This document shows, piece by piece, positions 1-7,036 of a DNA stretch of 9,212 nucleotides; within the stretch, counting starts at the first letter, position 1, and the number at the start of each line of letters is the position of its first letter. A program made the position numbers and the translations under genes. Under the pieces are notes generated by a model. The model saw only the letters and a program-made list of their open reading frames with translations. It had not been told where the DNA came from and searched no databases. The DNA lies in IMG/VR virus record IMGVR_UViG_3300005859_000239, positions 1-9,212 of that record; one strand, given 5' to 3'.

Positions 1-10
1 TAAATATAAT

Positions 11-376
11 TTAGCTGTCAATTCTGTATTCAAATTTGACTTTACTTTTTTCTCTGACATCTTGACCTAATTTATAAATTATGACATTTTTATATTTTTT
101 ATAATGAACAATAACTAACGGTTGACAATTGCAAAAATTAAAAATTTCACAAAATCGAAACAGTTTTTCGATTTGAAATTTATCAACATAAACATGGTCT
201 GCAGATGTTGATTTTACTTCAATTGGGAAAATTATGCCATTTTTTGTAGCTATGATATCTGGAATTGCTTGTTTTCCAGTTCCGGAAACCGGAATTCTAA
301 TAGCTTTATAGCCATGTTTTTCTAATAATTCTACAGTTTTATATTCATAATATTTTCCAGATTGTCTAATATTCAT
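11..376 (-). CDS. hjc: Holliday junction resolvase, archaeal Hjc family (rudiviral, SIRV2 ORF121-like), 121 aa
   Basis: PD-(D/E)xK motifs GKYYE...RIPVSG...PDIIA...IEVKS. The ATG at 376 is preferred to the TTG at 379 and lies 21 nt after a TATA-GTC element. Confidence 0.95.
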   Translation of the reverse strand: MNIRQSGKYYEYKTVELLEKHGYKAIRIPVSGTGKQAIPDIIATKNGIIFPIEVKSTSADHVYVDKFQIEKLFRFCEIFNFCNCQPLVIVHYKKYKNVIIYKLGQDVREKSKVKFEYRIDS

Positions 377-379
377 CAA

Positions 380-448
380 ATAAAAATCAAAAATTATGAC
401 ATATATATGTTTAAATTTGTCAGATCATAAATTCTTAAATCGATATTC
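380..448. promoter_or_regulatory. Divergent promoter region for hjc and the methyltransferase, with two TATA-GTC elements
   Basis: Minus strand TATATATGTC (GAC at 398-400); plus strand TTTAAATTTGTC (GTC at 419-421). Confidence 0.65.
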
Positions 449-1969
449 ATGGAAAGATTGTTAGATAATTTAGAACATTATATTCCGAAAATAGAGAAAC
501 TAATATTAGAAAAAGAAAAAGGAGGAAGAAAAAGAGAAATAAGCTTACATAGATGGTGGTCCAAAAGATTTATTTATTTATATAGAAGTATTCTCTCATC
601 TTTTCTATTAAATGAAGATAATAAATTTTTTGAAGCTGTTGAAAATCCAGAATTGTTAGATGCAGATAAACAAATTTATTTAGAACCGATGGCCGGAGGC
701 GGAACTGGTATCGTTGAAGCTTCGTTATATAATTTTATTGCTTACGGCATAGATATTAATCCATTAGCAGTAAGAATAATTCATGGTTATTCAGTATTAC
801 GCAATAATGTTGATTTTAACAAAATAATATCTGTAGTTGAAGAAGTAAAAAATGAATTAAGTCAGATTTGGACCTATAAAGGACAAGAAATTTCTTATTT
901 CTTCATTACAAGAGAAAAAGTTCCATCTTGGATAATGTCGCATGGAAGGAAGAAGATAATTCTTTGTCCGAATTGCGGAAGAACATTTTGTACAAAGAAT
1001 TCAGATAAAGTTGAATGTCCTTATTGTAATTACGATATACAAATTACTATAAAACCTATTTATGAACCAAAAAATTTTGTTACTTATTCAAATTGGAAAG
1101 TTTTCGGATTTATTGTAAATAAAAAATTTATGTTTGACAGGGATTGGTTAATTGAAAGAAACAAATTAATGAATATAAATTTACATATTGATATAGATGT
1201 TAATATAAAAGAATTAAAAGAAGGCAAAAGATTATTACAAATTGGAATTTCTGAACCTGAACAATTATTTACAAAAGCTCAATTGCTTACTTTTCAAAAA
1301 ATTGCTGAAAAATCTAAAAAACTTGGAGAAGATGAGAGATTGCTTTTAATGTTAGCCGTCAGTGATTCTGTGAAAACCTGCAGTGTTCTGTCAAAATGGT
1401 ATCCGTTACAAAATGAACCAGTAATCTATGGTGGAGGAGTTAAAGGATTTTGGGTACCTGAATATACTGTGGAAACAAATCCATTAGCTCTACATGCCAG
1501 AAGTACAATATTTTCTAACATTAAAAATCAGCAACTTATAAAGAAATTTAATTTCAGAGGAGAAATAAATGTGATTCAAGGAGATGCTTTAACTATAAAT
1601 TATCCAAAAAGCGATTTAATAGTTTTAGATCCTCCATATTACAAAATTGCCCCAAGTTATGCTTCTTTAAGTTTTCCTCATATTGTGATAGCTAATTTGT
1701 TTGAAAAAATATCACTAAGAGAATCATTAAACAAAGAGATTAATAATACTGACTATTTTGAAAAAATTCTTAAAATTTTAATTAAAAGCAAACAAGCATT
1801 AAAAGATAATGGAAGAATTGTATTAATGATTAATACGAATATATCTAATGAAATTATAGAAAAATCTGGACTTGACATTATAAATAGATATGAAATACTA
1901 GGCGAATCACCTGGTAAACTAGGTAGATCCGAAAATAGAAAAATTAATCTTATTATTTTAGGGAAATAG
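449..1969 (+). CDS. DNA amino-methyltransferase (probably N6-adenine) with Zn-ribbon, DUF1156/COG1743-like, 506 aa
   Basis: N-terminal LHRWWSKR (DUF1156-type LHxWWxRR). SAM-binding motif LEPMAGGGT...GIDINP, Zn ribbon CPNC...CPYC, LFTKAQLL and ETNP segments, and catalytic DPPY near the C-terminus (motif I before motif IV). Confidence 0.88.
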   Translation: MERLLDNLEHYIPKIEKLILEKEKGGRKREISLHRWWSKRFIYLYRSILSSFLLNEDNKFFEAVENPELLDADKQIYLEPMAGGGTGIVEASLYNFIAYGIDINPLAVRIIHGYSVLRNNVDFNKIISVVEEVKNELSQIWTYKGQEISYFFITREKVPSWIMSHGRKKIILCPNCGRTFCTKNSDKVECPYCNYDIQITIKPIYEPKNFVTYSNWKVFGFIVNKKFMFDRDWLIERNKLMNINLHIDIDVNIKELKEGKRLLQIGISEPEQLFTKAQLLTFQKIAEKSKKLGEDERLLLMLAVSDSVKTCSVLSKWYPLQNEPVIYGGGVKGFWVPEYTVETNPLALHARSTIFSNIKNQQLIKKFNFRGEINVIQGDALTINYPKSDLIVLDPPYYKIAPSYASLSFPHIVIANLFEKISLRESLNKEINNTDYFEKILKILIKSKQALKDNGRIVLMINTNISNEIIEKSGLDIINRYEILGESPGKLGRSENRKINLIILGK

Positions 1970-2092
1970 ATTTTTTACAATTCTTATTATAGAAAAAGAT
2001 TATATAAGCTAAATCATTTAAATATTTTTTATTTTGAACTTGCACTCACAACAACTAAAAATATAATTGTCAGTCAGAAATAACTTAAATTC

Positions 2093-2374
2093 ATGAACCC
2101 AGAACTTGAAAGAATTATAGAAATTGTTGCAGAAGAGACAAAATTGAATAAAAAAGAAGTTGAGGAATTAAAAAAAGAAGTTAGCTATCTTGAAAATGCA
2201 ATTCTTGATGTATTTAATAGCTATCCAGATGGAAAAATTGATAAAGCTTCTGCTCTAGTATATCTTGCTTACTTGCTCGGTCAGGTAATTGAAGAGGATT
2301 ATGAATTTTCATTCTTCTTAGCAATTGTAAAAGCAGTTTATGATAGCAAAAAGACGGCAAAATTGAAAAAGTGA
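2093..2374 (+). CDS. Hypothetical small helical protein, 93 aa
   Basis: Clean ORF with its own TATA-GTC element (ATATAATTGTC, GTC at 2069-2071, 21 nt before the ATG). Confidence 0.8.
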   Translation: MNPELERIIEIVAEETKLNKKEVEELKKEVSYLENAILDVFNSYPDGKIDKASALVYLAYLLGQVIEEDYEFSFFLAIVKAVYDSKKTAKLKK

Positions 2375-2466
2375 CAGTGCAAGTTTGAAATTATAAGCTT
2401 GAAAACTATAAAAAAAGTTTCAAATTATAAATTCAGAGCTAAGCATGAAACGGCGAAATTGAAAAA
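2354..2466. repeat. Nested imperfect direct repeats
   Basis: ACGGC(A/G)AAATTGAAAAA at 2354-2370 and 2450-2466 encloses AAGTTT(G/C)AAATTATAA at 2381-2396 and 2415-2430. Confidence 0.7.
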
Positions 2467-2470
2467 ATAG

Positions 2471-2926
2471 TTATTCATTCAGAGCTTTTACAAATACCGG
2501 AGTATGCGTTCTTGAAGTTTCCCCGACAAACTTGAATCCGGCTTTCTTGTAAAGGGCGTTTGAATGATCATCAAATCCTAAAGTCCATAAATATTCAAAT
2601 CCATCTTTTCTTAGTTTTTCACTAAGGTCTTCTAGAAAACGGACAAGATAGTCTCCTGGTGCAGTTTTTGTAATCCTACGAATGAAGTAAGTCCTATCAT
2701 TCGGGATATTAAAATGAGAAGCGATAAAATGGAATGGCGTATTATCGTGGAGCCACGCAACTGCGGTAATGAAACCGTCACACATGTACATGAAGTAACG
2801 CGAATTTTTCCCCGCTCCACCGCCGATTGGCAAGCCTTGGGCGTGATAATACCTTATGAGCATTCTTACTAAATCTTTTTCAAAATCATTTTCAATTTCC
2901 TTAACTTCACAAATCATAGTTGTCAT
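2471..2926 (-). CDS. Putative GNAT-family acetyltransferase (rudiviral core, SIRV2 ORF154-like)
   Basis: C-terminal N-ALYKKAGF-x-VG GNAT motif. YYHAQGLPIGGGAGKNSRYF and AVAWLHDNTPF match the rudiviral family as I recall it. Confidence 0.85.
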   Translation of the reverse strand: MTTMICEVKEIENDFEKDLVRMLIRYYHAQGLPIGGGAGKNSRYFMYMCDGFITAVAWLHDNTPFHFIASHFNIPNDRTYFIRRITKTAPGDYLVRFLEDLSEKLRKDGFEYLWTLGFDDHSNALYKKAGFKFVGETSRTHTPVFVKALNE

Positions 2927-2976
2927 CTATTTTGTAAACGTATATCATTAATATTTTTAGATGAGTCAGAGAAACA

Positions 2977-2990
2977 GACTTTTAAATGTC
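2977..2990. promoter_or_regulatory. TATA box flanked by inverted GTC (GAC-TTTTAAAT-GTC), possible bidirectional promoter
   Basis: Reads TTTTAAATGTC on + (18 nt before ATG 3009) and ATTTAAAAGTC on - (towards the GNAT gene). Confidence 0.6.
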
Positions 2991-3008
2991 ATTCTAGATT
3001 TTCATTTT

Positions 3009-3311
3009 ATGAGTAAGCGAATAGCTATTTACATGAAAAGAGAGGAAAAGCAAATGTTGAAATTCTATGCTTCTCAATTAGGAATGTCAATTTCAGAATT
3101 TATAAGATTTTTAATTAAGGAGTTCTCAGCTGAAGATTTAAAATATTTTGAAACTAGATATAAACCAGATTTAGAGTTTTTAGTTACAGTTGATGAAGCA
3201 ATTCTAAAAAAGTTGGAAGATATGGAGATAAAATTACTAAGACCGCGGTCAACTATTGTGAGGGCTATGATATTGACTTTATCGCAAAATGTCGAGCAAA
3301 ACTCGACATGA
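3009..3311 (+). CDS. Tandem ribbon-helix-helix DNA-binding protein, 100 aa
   Basis: Two RHH units: KRIAIYM..EEKQML..YA..LGMSISEFIRFLI and FLVTVDEAILKKLE......PRSTIVRAMI. The start is moved from 2961 to ATG 3009 because the promoter element lies at 2980-2990. Confidence 0.85.
   Translation: MSKRIAIYMKREEKQMLKFYASQLGMSISEFIRFLIKEFSAEDLKYFETRYKPDLEFLVTVDEAILKKLEDMEIKLLRPRSTIVRAMILTLSQNVEQNST
3289..3309. repeat. Perfect 8-bp inverted repeat ATGTCGAG-CAAAA-CTCGACAT
   Basis: Read directly; it lies 36 nt upstream of the 466-aa gene. Confidence 0.75.
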
Positions 3312-3345
3312 TAGCTAATAAACTCTAGTTTGGGAATTTTATATT

Positions 3346-4746
3346 ATGACTAGGAAGAAAGGGCATAGATCAATCGCACAAATGAAGTATCACCTTTACG
3401 AGAAGGTGCTTTATCGCAAATCATTCCCCGCGTTTTCGGAAATGTTTAACGCTGGAGTTGAGTCAGTTTTACCAACTCCGCTTGTGAACATCCACGTTCC
3501 TAAAGGATTAAACACTAACTACGGGATTGCTTACGCTTCAATTATTTCATCTCTTCTCTCTGCTCTTAATAATTTAGCAATTTCAAAATTTAATCCGGAT
3601 TTTAATAGCTTGCCAAATTTACAACTTGGAGGAAGTTTATTCTTCGGACAAACTTCTGGAGTTGATTTTGTAAATCAATATTCACAATTGTATGATGATT
3701 ATGTTGATCTTTGTTCAATTTTGTATCAACCTGCTATTTTTGATGAGACTTACTTTGATCTTTCAGTTTATCAACCTGCAAATACTATTGAGAATAGGAA
3801 TGAAGCTTGTAAGAAAATTGAACAATATTTTAACAGTTTGACAACTTCAAATATTAGCATTAACTTGCAAAATTTAGGAGTTGGAATTACTAATATCCCA
3901 AGTGTTGATAATTATTCATTTTCTAATTTGCAAAATACCGGAATTGGAGATTTATTAAGCTCATTAAATATTAATTATAATCAACTTCCAGATTTAGCTA
4001 AATTTATAGTTGCATTTATTCCGAATTTAAATGATATTATCAATAGCGGATTTGCTTTAGATGTCGGATGGCTCGATAGATGTGTTTTACCGATAGAAAT
4101 TGAAAATAGTCAAGGGTATAAAGTTCAACTTGAGAATGGAATGATTTTACAGAATTTTGCAGATGTTTTTGGAATGATATTGGATTATACGCCATTAGAT
4201 TTTGCTATTTTAATTCCAGAATTTAATCCACAAAGTGTTAATGAATTAGATTTAGTTGCAATTTTAACCGCTGATAAAACTGTAATTTCAATATTTGGTA
4301 GCTTATTTAAAGCTCATCTTTATGACCCTTCTCCAGGTGGCGAAAATATAACTTATAGCTCAGAAATTGAAAATTATGCAGTCTCATACGAGCAATTTTT
4401 ACAAGTTCAAAGAATTGTAAATCAAAGATATTCAAACATTTGGTATGCTAAAATGATAGCTTCAGCAATTTTAGAAATTGCAAGATATCCTTATCAACAA
4501 AACTATAGCTACAATAGCGGAAAAAGAACATTGTCATATAATGATTTCTTAAATTATTGGAGAACAAAATGGAAATTCTACGGAGTTTCAGATGCAGATT
4601 TAGAATTTGCTAAACAATTTGGCGAACAAATGCAAGGACAAGCTAAAGTTGAGAATAGGCTCAAATTGTCTCAGAAAGGAGCTAAAGCTAAGCAATACAA
4701 ATCAATTTTCTATTACAAAAACTTTAAAAATATTGCAGAAAGATAG
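3346..4746 (+). CDS. Minor virion structural protein (SIRV2 ORF488-like), 466 aa
   Basis: N-terminus RKKGHRSIAQMKYHLYEK, size, and synteny between the ORF154-like and ORF110-like genes. Confidence 0.8.
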   Translation: MTRKKGHRSIAQMKYHLYEKVLYRKSFPAFSEMFNAGVESVLPTPLVNIHVPKGLNTNYGIAYASIISSLLSALNNLAISKFNPDFNSLPNLQLGGSLFFGQTSGVDFVNQYSQLYDDYVDLCSILYQPAIFDETYFDLSVYQPANTIENRNEACKKIEQYFNSLTTSNISINLQNLGVGITNIPSVDNYSFSNLQNTGIGDLLSSLNINYNQLPDLAKFIVAFIPNLNDIINSGFALDVGWLDRCVLPIEIENSQGYKVQLENGMILQNFADVFGMILDYTPLDFAILIPEFNPQSVNELDLVAILTADKTVISIFGSLFKAHLYDPSPGGENITYSSEIENYAVSYEQFLQVQRIVNQRYSNIWYAKMIASAILEIARYPYQQNYSYNSGKRTLSYNDFLNYWRTKWKFYGVSDADLEFAKQFGEQMQGQAKVENRLKLSQKGAKAKQYKSIFYYKNFKNIAER

Positions 4747-4759
4747 AATAATGATGAAT

Positions 4760-4873
4760 ATGATAATTAAAAAGAAGAAAGAATGGAACAGAGATCCAAA
4801 TACTTTCAATGGAAAATTTTTAATTCATCGGAAGTTATCAAAGAGAAAAATTGAAGAGATATTAAAAAGCTAG
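4760..4873 (+). CDS. Possible small basic protein, 37 aa (alternative ATGs at 4751 and 4754)
   Basis: Non-overlapping 3' part of track ORF 4607..4873, starting just after the 466-aa stop; 12 of 37 residues are K/R. Confidence 0.45.
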   Translation: MIIKKKKEWNRDPNTFNGKFLIHRKLSKRKIEEILKS

Positions 4874-4928
4874 ATAACTAAAGTTGAAACTTTCAGAGTT
4901 TAAAAATTTTTCTGTTTATCTTTATGCT

Positions 4929-5153
4929 TCAAACTGCTAAGTAAACTTTCTTTTTTAGTCTTCCAGTTTCTTGATTTTTTTCCCAAATAATCTTTACTAG
5001 TCCTTTTTTCTCAAGCGTTTTTATTCTTTTATGCATAACTATTTTATAGCCGACTGTATGAGAAAATGTATTTTGCAATTTATCTAACCATTCTGATCCT
5101 CCATTTTCTTTGAGATATTCTAAAATTTTTTGTTCTTCTTTACCTATTCTCAT
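4929..5153 (-). CDS. Winged helix-turn-helix protein, 74 aa
   Basis: QKILEYLKENG...IKTLEKKGLVKI...GRLKKKVYL wHTH pattern; GATATTTGTC element 19 nt upstream (GAC at 5173-5175). Confidence 0.85.
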   Translation of the reverse strand: MRIGKEEQKILEYLKENGGSEWLDKLQNTFSHTVGYKIVMHKRIKTLEKKGLVKIIWEKNQETGRLKKKVYLAV

Positions 5154-5291
5154 AATTTTAAATTAAGTTTATGACAAATATCAATTTACTTTATTCTAAT
5201 TACTCAATTAGCTCAACTAATATTCCTCATATCATAAATATGGCAAATTTGCTTTGAGTTTATTTATTTTAGTTTTGTGAAATAATCATTC

Positions 5292-5654
5292 ATGCAGGTT
5301 CAAGACCCATTTGCAAATATTTTCGGTCCCGTGAGAATTGCAATTGATAAAATTAGAGAATTAGAATTACATGGTCAAATTTATGGACTTAGTAAATACT
5401 TGCCTAACTCTGTAATTGTTTTGAAAAATTCAGAGTTGCCAATGATTGTAGATTTATATGTTCCCGGATTTACATTTTATTTTGAATTTTTAATTGCAAA
5501 AGATCCGAAAACTAACATAATTGCAATTGCAGACTTTAGAGTTGTATATCCACAACCTTACGCTAAACAAATTGATTCAGTTTATCAAACATTCAAAGAA
5601 AAAGAAAATTTGAATTTTGATAATTTAGAAGAAGAAACAGGTGAGGAAGAATGA
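5292..5654 (+). CDS. Conserved rudiviral protein (SIRV2 ORF110-like) with acidic tail, 120 aa
   Basis: Clean ORF, AT-rich TATA-like sequence near 5259-5270, synteny. Confidence 0.75.
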   Translation: MQVQDPFANIFGPVRIAIDKIRELELHGQIYGLSKYLPNSVIVLKNSELPMIVDLYVPGFTFYFEFLIAKDPKTNIIAIADFRVVYPQPYAKQIDSVYQTFKEKENLNFDNLEEETGEEE

Positions 5655-5782
5655 GCTTAAAAATTAAATATCAAATTTTAAGTTATTCTTCCGATCCAGT
5701 GCAAATTCTGAATTGTAAACTTGAAAGTCATACAAAAAATTTCAAAATACAAATTAATAAATTAAGCACAAGGCGAATCTGA
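5651..5782 (+). CDS. Small protein not in the ORF track, 43 aa (MSLKIKYQILSYSSDPVQILNCKLESHTKNFKIQINKLSTRRI)
   Basis: ATGA overlap with the upstream stop, SD-like GGTGAGG at 5640-5646, and a stop 2 nt before the next ATG. Confidence 0.7.
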   Translation: MSLKIKYQILSYSSDPVQILNCKLESHTKNFKIQINKLSTRRI

Positions 5783-5784
5783 AG

Positions 5785-6006
5785 ATGAGTGAGCTAACTC
5801 TTGTATTTACAATTATTTCAACTTCAATAACTACTATATTTGCAATTGTACAACTCTACTTCAAAATTAAACAAGCTTTGAAAGAAGCAGTCAAAGACAT
5901 AGTAAATTCAGAGCTTATTAATTTGAAAAACGAAATTGAAGAATTAAAAATGAATCAGAAAGAATTAGCAAAACAAATTGAAGAATTAAAAAAGAAATTA
6001 AGCTAA
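5785..6006 (+). CDS. Small protein with N-terminal transmembrane segment and C-terminal coiled coil, 73 aa
   Basis: Hydrophobic LTLVFTIISTSITTIFAIVQLYF followed by heptads LKNEIEELKMNQKELAKQIEELKKKL. Confidence 0.85.
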   Translation: MSELTLVFTIISTSITTIFAIVQLYFKIKQALKEAVKDIVNSELINLKNEIEELKMNQKELAKQIEELKKKLS

Positions 6007-6060
6007 TGTTTTCGAATGTTTTATATTTGTCATATTACAAATTTTTATATAGATGAGATA

Positions 6061-6267
6061 ATGACAGATGAAACAAGATATATAAAAATTAAATTATTGT
6101 CTAAATGGTTAAATGATATATCTAAGGAAATTGTAAATAATAAAACTTTAGATGATGAAGATTTAATAGGCTTGTTAATGAGTATGAAAAATACAATTTC
6201 AGAACTTGACAAAGAAATAGAAATTATGATAGGCGAAATTACAAAAAATAAAAAAAGTCAAAAATAG
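6061..6267 (+). CDS. Hypothetical helical protein, 68 aa (probable paralogue of 7093..7275)
   Basis: The start is moved from 6016 to 6061 because TTTATATTTGTC (6020-6031) lies inside the extension. Confidence 0.75.
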   Translation: MTDETRYIKIKLLSKWLNDISKEIVNNKTLDDEDLIGLLMSMKNTISELDKEIEIMIGEITKNKKSQK

Positions 6268-6277
6268 GCGTATTAAA

Positions 6278-6589
6278 ATGGAAATTATAAAAGATTATGC
6301 GTTGGATGATTTAGATTTGATGATAATTTTAGCTATAGGAAAAAAGGGAAATTCAAGTAAAAAAATTCAAAAAACAGTTATAGAACTTTCAAAATTGCTA
6401 AACGTGAAAATTGATTGTATTGAAGATATTATTGAGAGATTGAATTCAATGTCAAGAATACCATTCTGGTTAAAGATAAATTATAAATATAGATTGAATG
6501 AATTAGGTAAAATAGCATATCATATGACAATAGAAAAATTGAAGGAAAAACAAAGGCAAGATATATTAAAAATATTAAACGAATTTTAG
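6278..6589 (+). CDS. Probable winged-helix protein, 103 aa
   Basis: LDDLDLMIILAIG...KKIQKTV...YRLNELGK pattern; 10 nt after the previous stop. Confidence 0.7.
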   Translation: MEIIKDYALDDLDLMIILAIGKKGNSSKKIQKTVIELSKLLNVKIDCIEDIIERLNSMSRIPFWLKINYKYRLNELGKIAYHMTIEKLKEKQRQDILKILNEF

Positions 6590-6607
6590 ATTAAAAGAAA
6601 AAAAGAA

Positions 6608-6907
6608 TTATAACTTTTTAATATATTCTTTAATTTGAGATATTTCTTCACTTCTCAGATTCAAATTAGGATCATATAAAATCTTTGTATTTCCTGCTTC
6701 TTTCGCTAAAATTGCAAGATCTCTTTCAAGCAATAATTTTCTTGTAGGATTGAGATGATGAAGTACAAGATGAGATGATAAATGTTCTGTGTACATTCCA
6801 CAAATTGGACATCTGTAGTCCTTATAATGAACAAACATGTGTTTTATATATTGTTTTCTAATTGTAAATATTTGTTTGCAGATAGGACAATAATAATGTC
6901 TTGGCAT
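6608..6907 (-). CDS. Double C2H2 zinc-finger protein, copy A, 99 aa
   Basis: CPIC-x12-H-x3-H and CPIC-x9-H-x4-H; SD-like AGGTGA upstream. Confidence 0.9.
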   Translation of the reverse strand: MPRHYYCPICKQIFTIRKQYIKHMFVHYKDYRCPICGMYTEHLSSHLVLHHLNPTRKLLLERDLAILAKEAGNTKILYDPNLNLRSEEISQIKEYIKKL

Positions 6908-7036
6908 TTACTCAATCACCTTGACTTCTAAACCAAAATCTTTGCACATCTTTATGATATTTTTAGCTAACTTATCATCTTGTCTTTTGACATGGAATCT
7001 TGTAAGATTTGAACATTCTATTATGATCTCTTCCAT
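6908..7036 (-). CDS. Small protein not in the ORF track, 42 aa (MEEIIIECSNLTRFHVKRQDDKLAKNIIKMCKDFGLEVKVIE); in-frame upstream ATGs at 7060 and 7069
   Basis: GGTGA 4 nt before the ATG, stop abutting the next ATG (TAA-ATG), and BRE/TATA-like GAAAAATTTATA upstream at 7069-7080. Confidence 0.7.
   Translation of the reverse strand: MEEIIIECSNLTRFHVKRQDDKLAKNIIKMCKDFGLEVKVIE

Noticed and set aside
11-1969. PD-(D/E)xK nuclease divergent from a DNA methyltransferase, resembling a type II restriction-modification system
   Set aside because: The nuclease has the size and motifs of the rudiviral core Hjc resolvase, which is structure-specific. The adjacency is better explained by insertion of the methyltransferase.
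2632-2820. 62-aa track ORF
   Set aside because: It is fully nested in another frame of the GNAT-like gene and has no start signals or motifs.
2961-3008. N-terminal extension of the RHH ORF
   Set aside because: It contains the TATA-GTC element, and the RHH beta-strand begins right after Met at 3009.
4607-4750. 5' part of the 88-aa track ORF
   Set aside because: It has a TTG start and overlaps the virion gene by 140 nt; only the part after 4751 is plausible.
5196-5251. Short palindromes CTAATT-N4-AATTAG and GCAAATTTGC in the wHTH/ORF110-like intergenic region
   Set aside because: They are too short and AT-rich to distinguish from chance.
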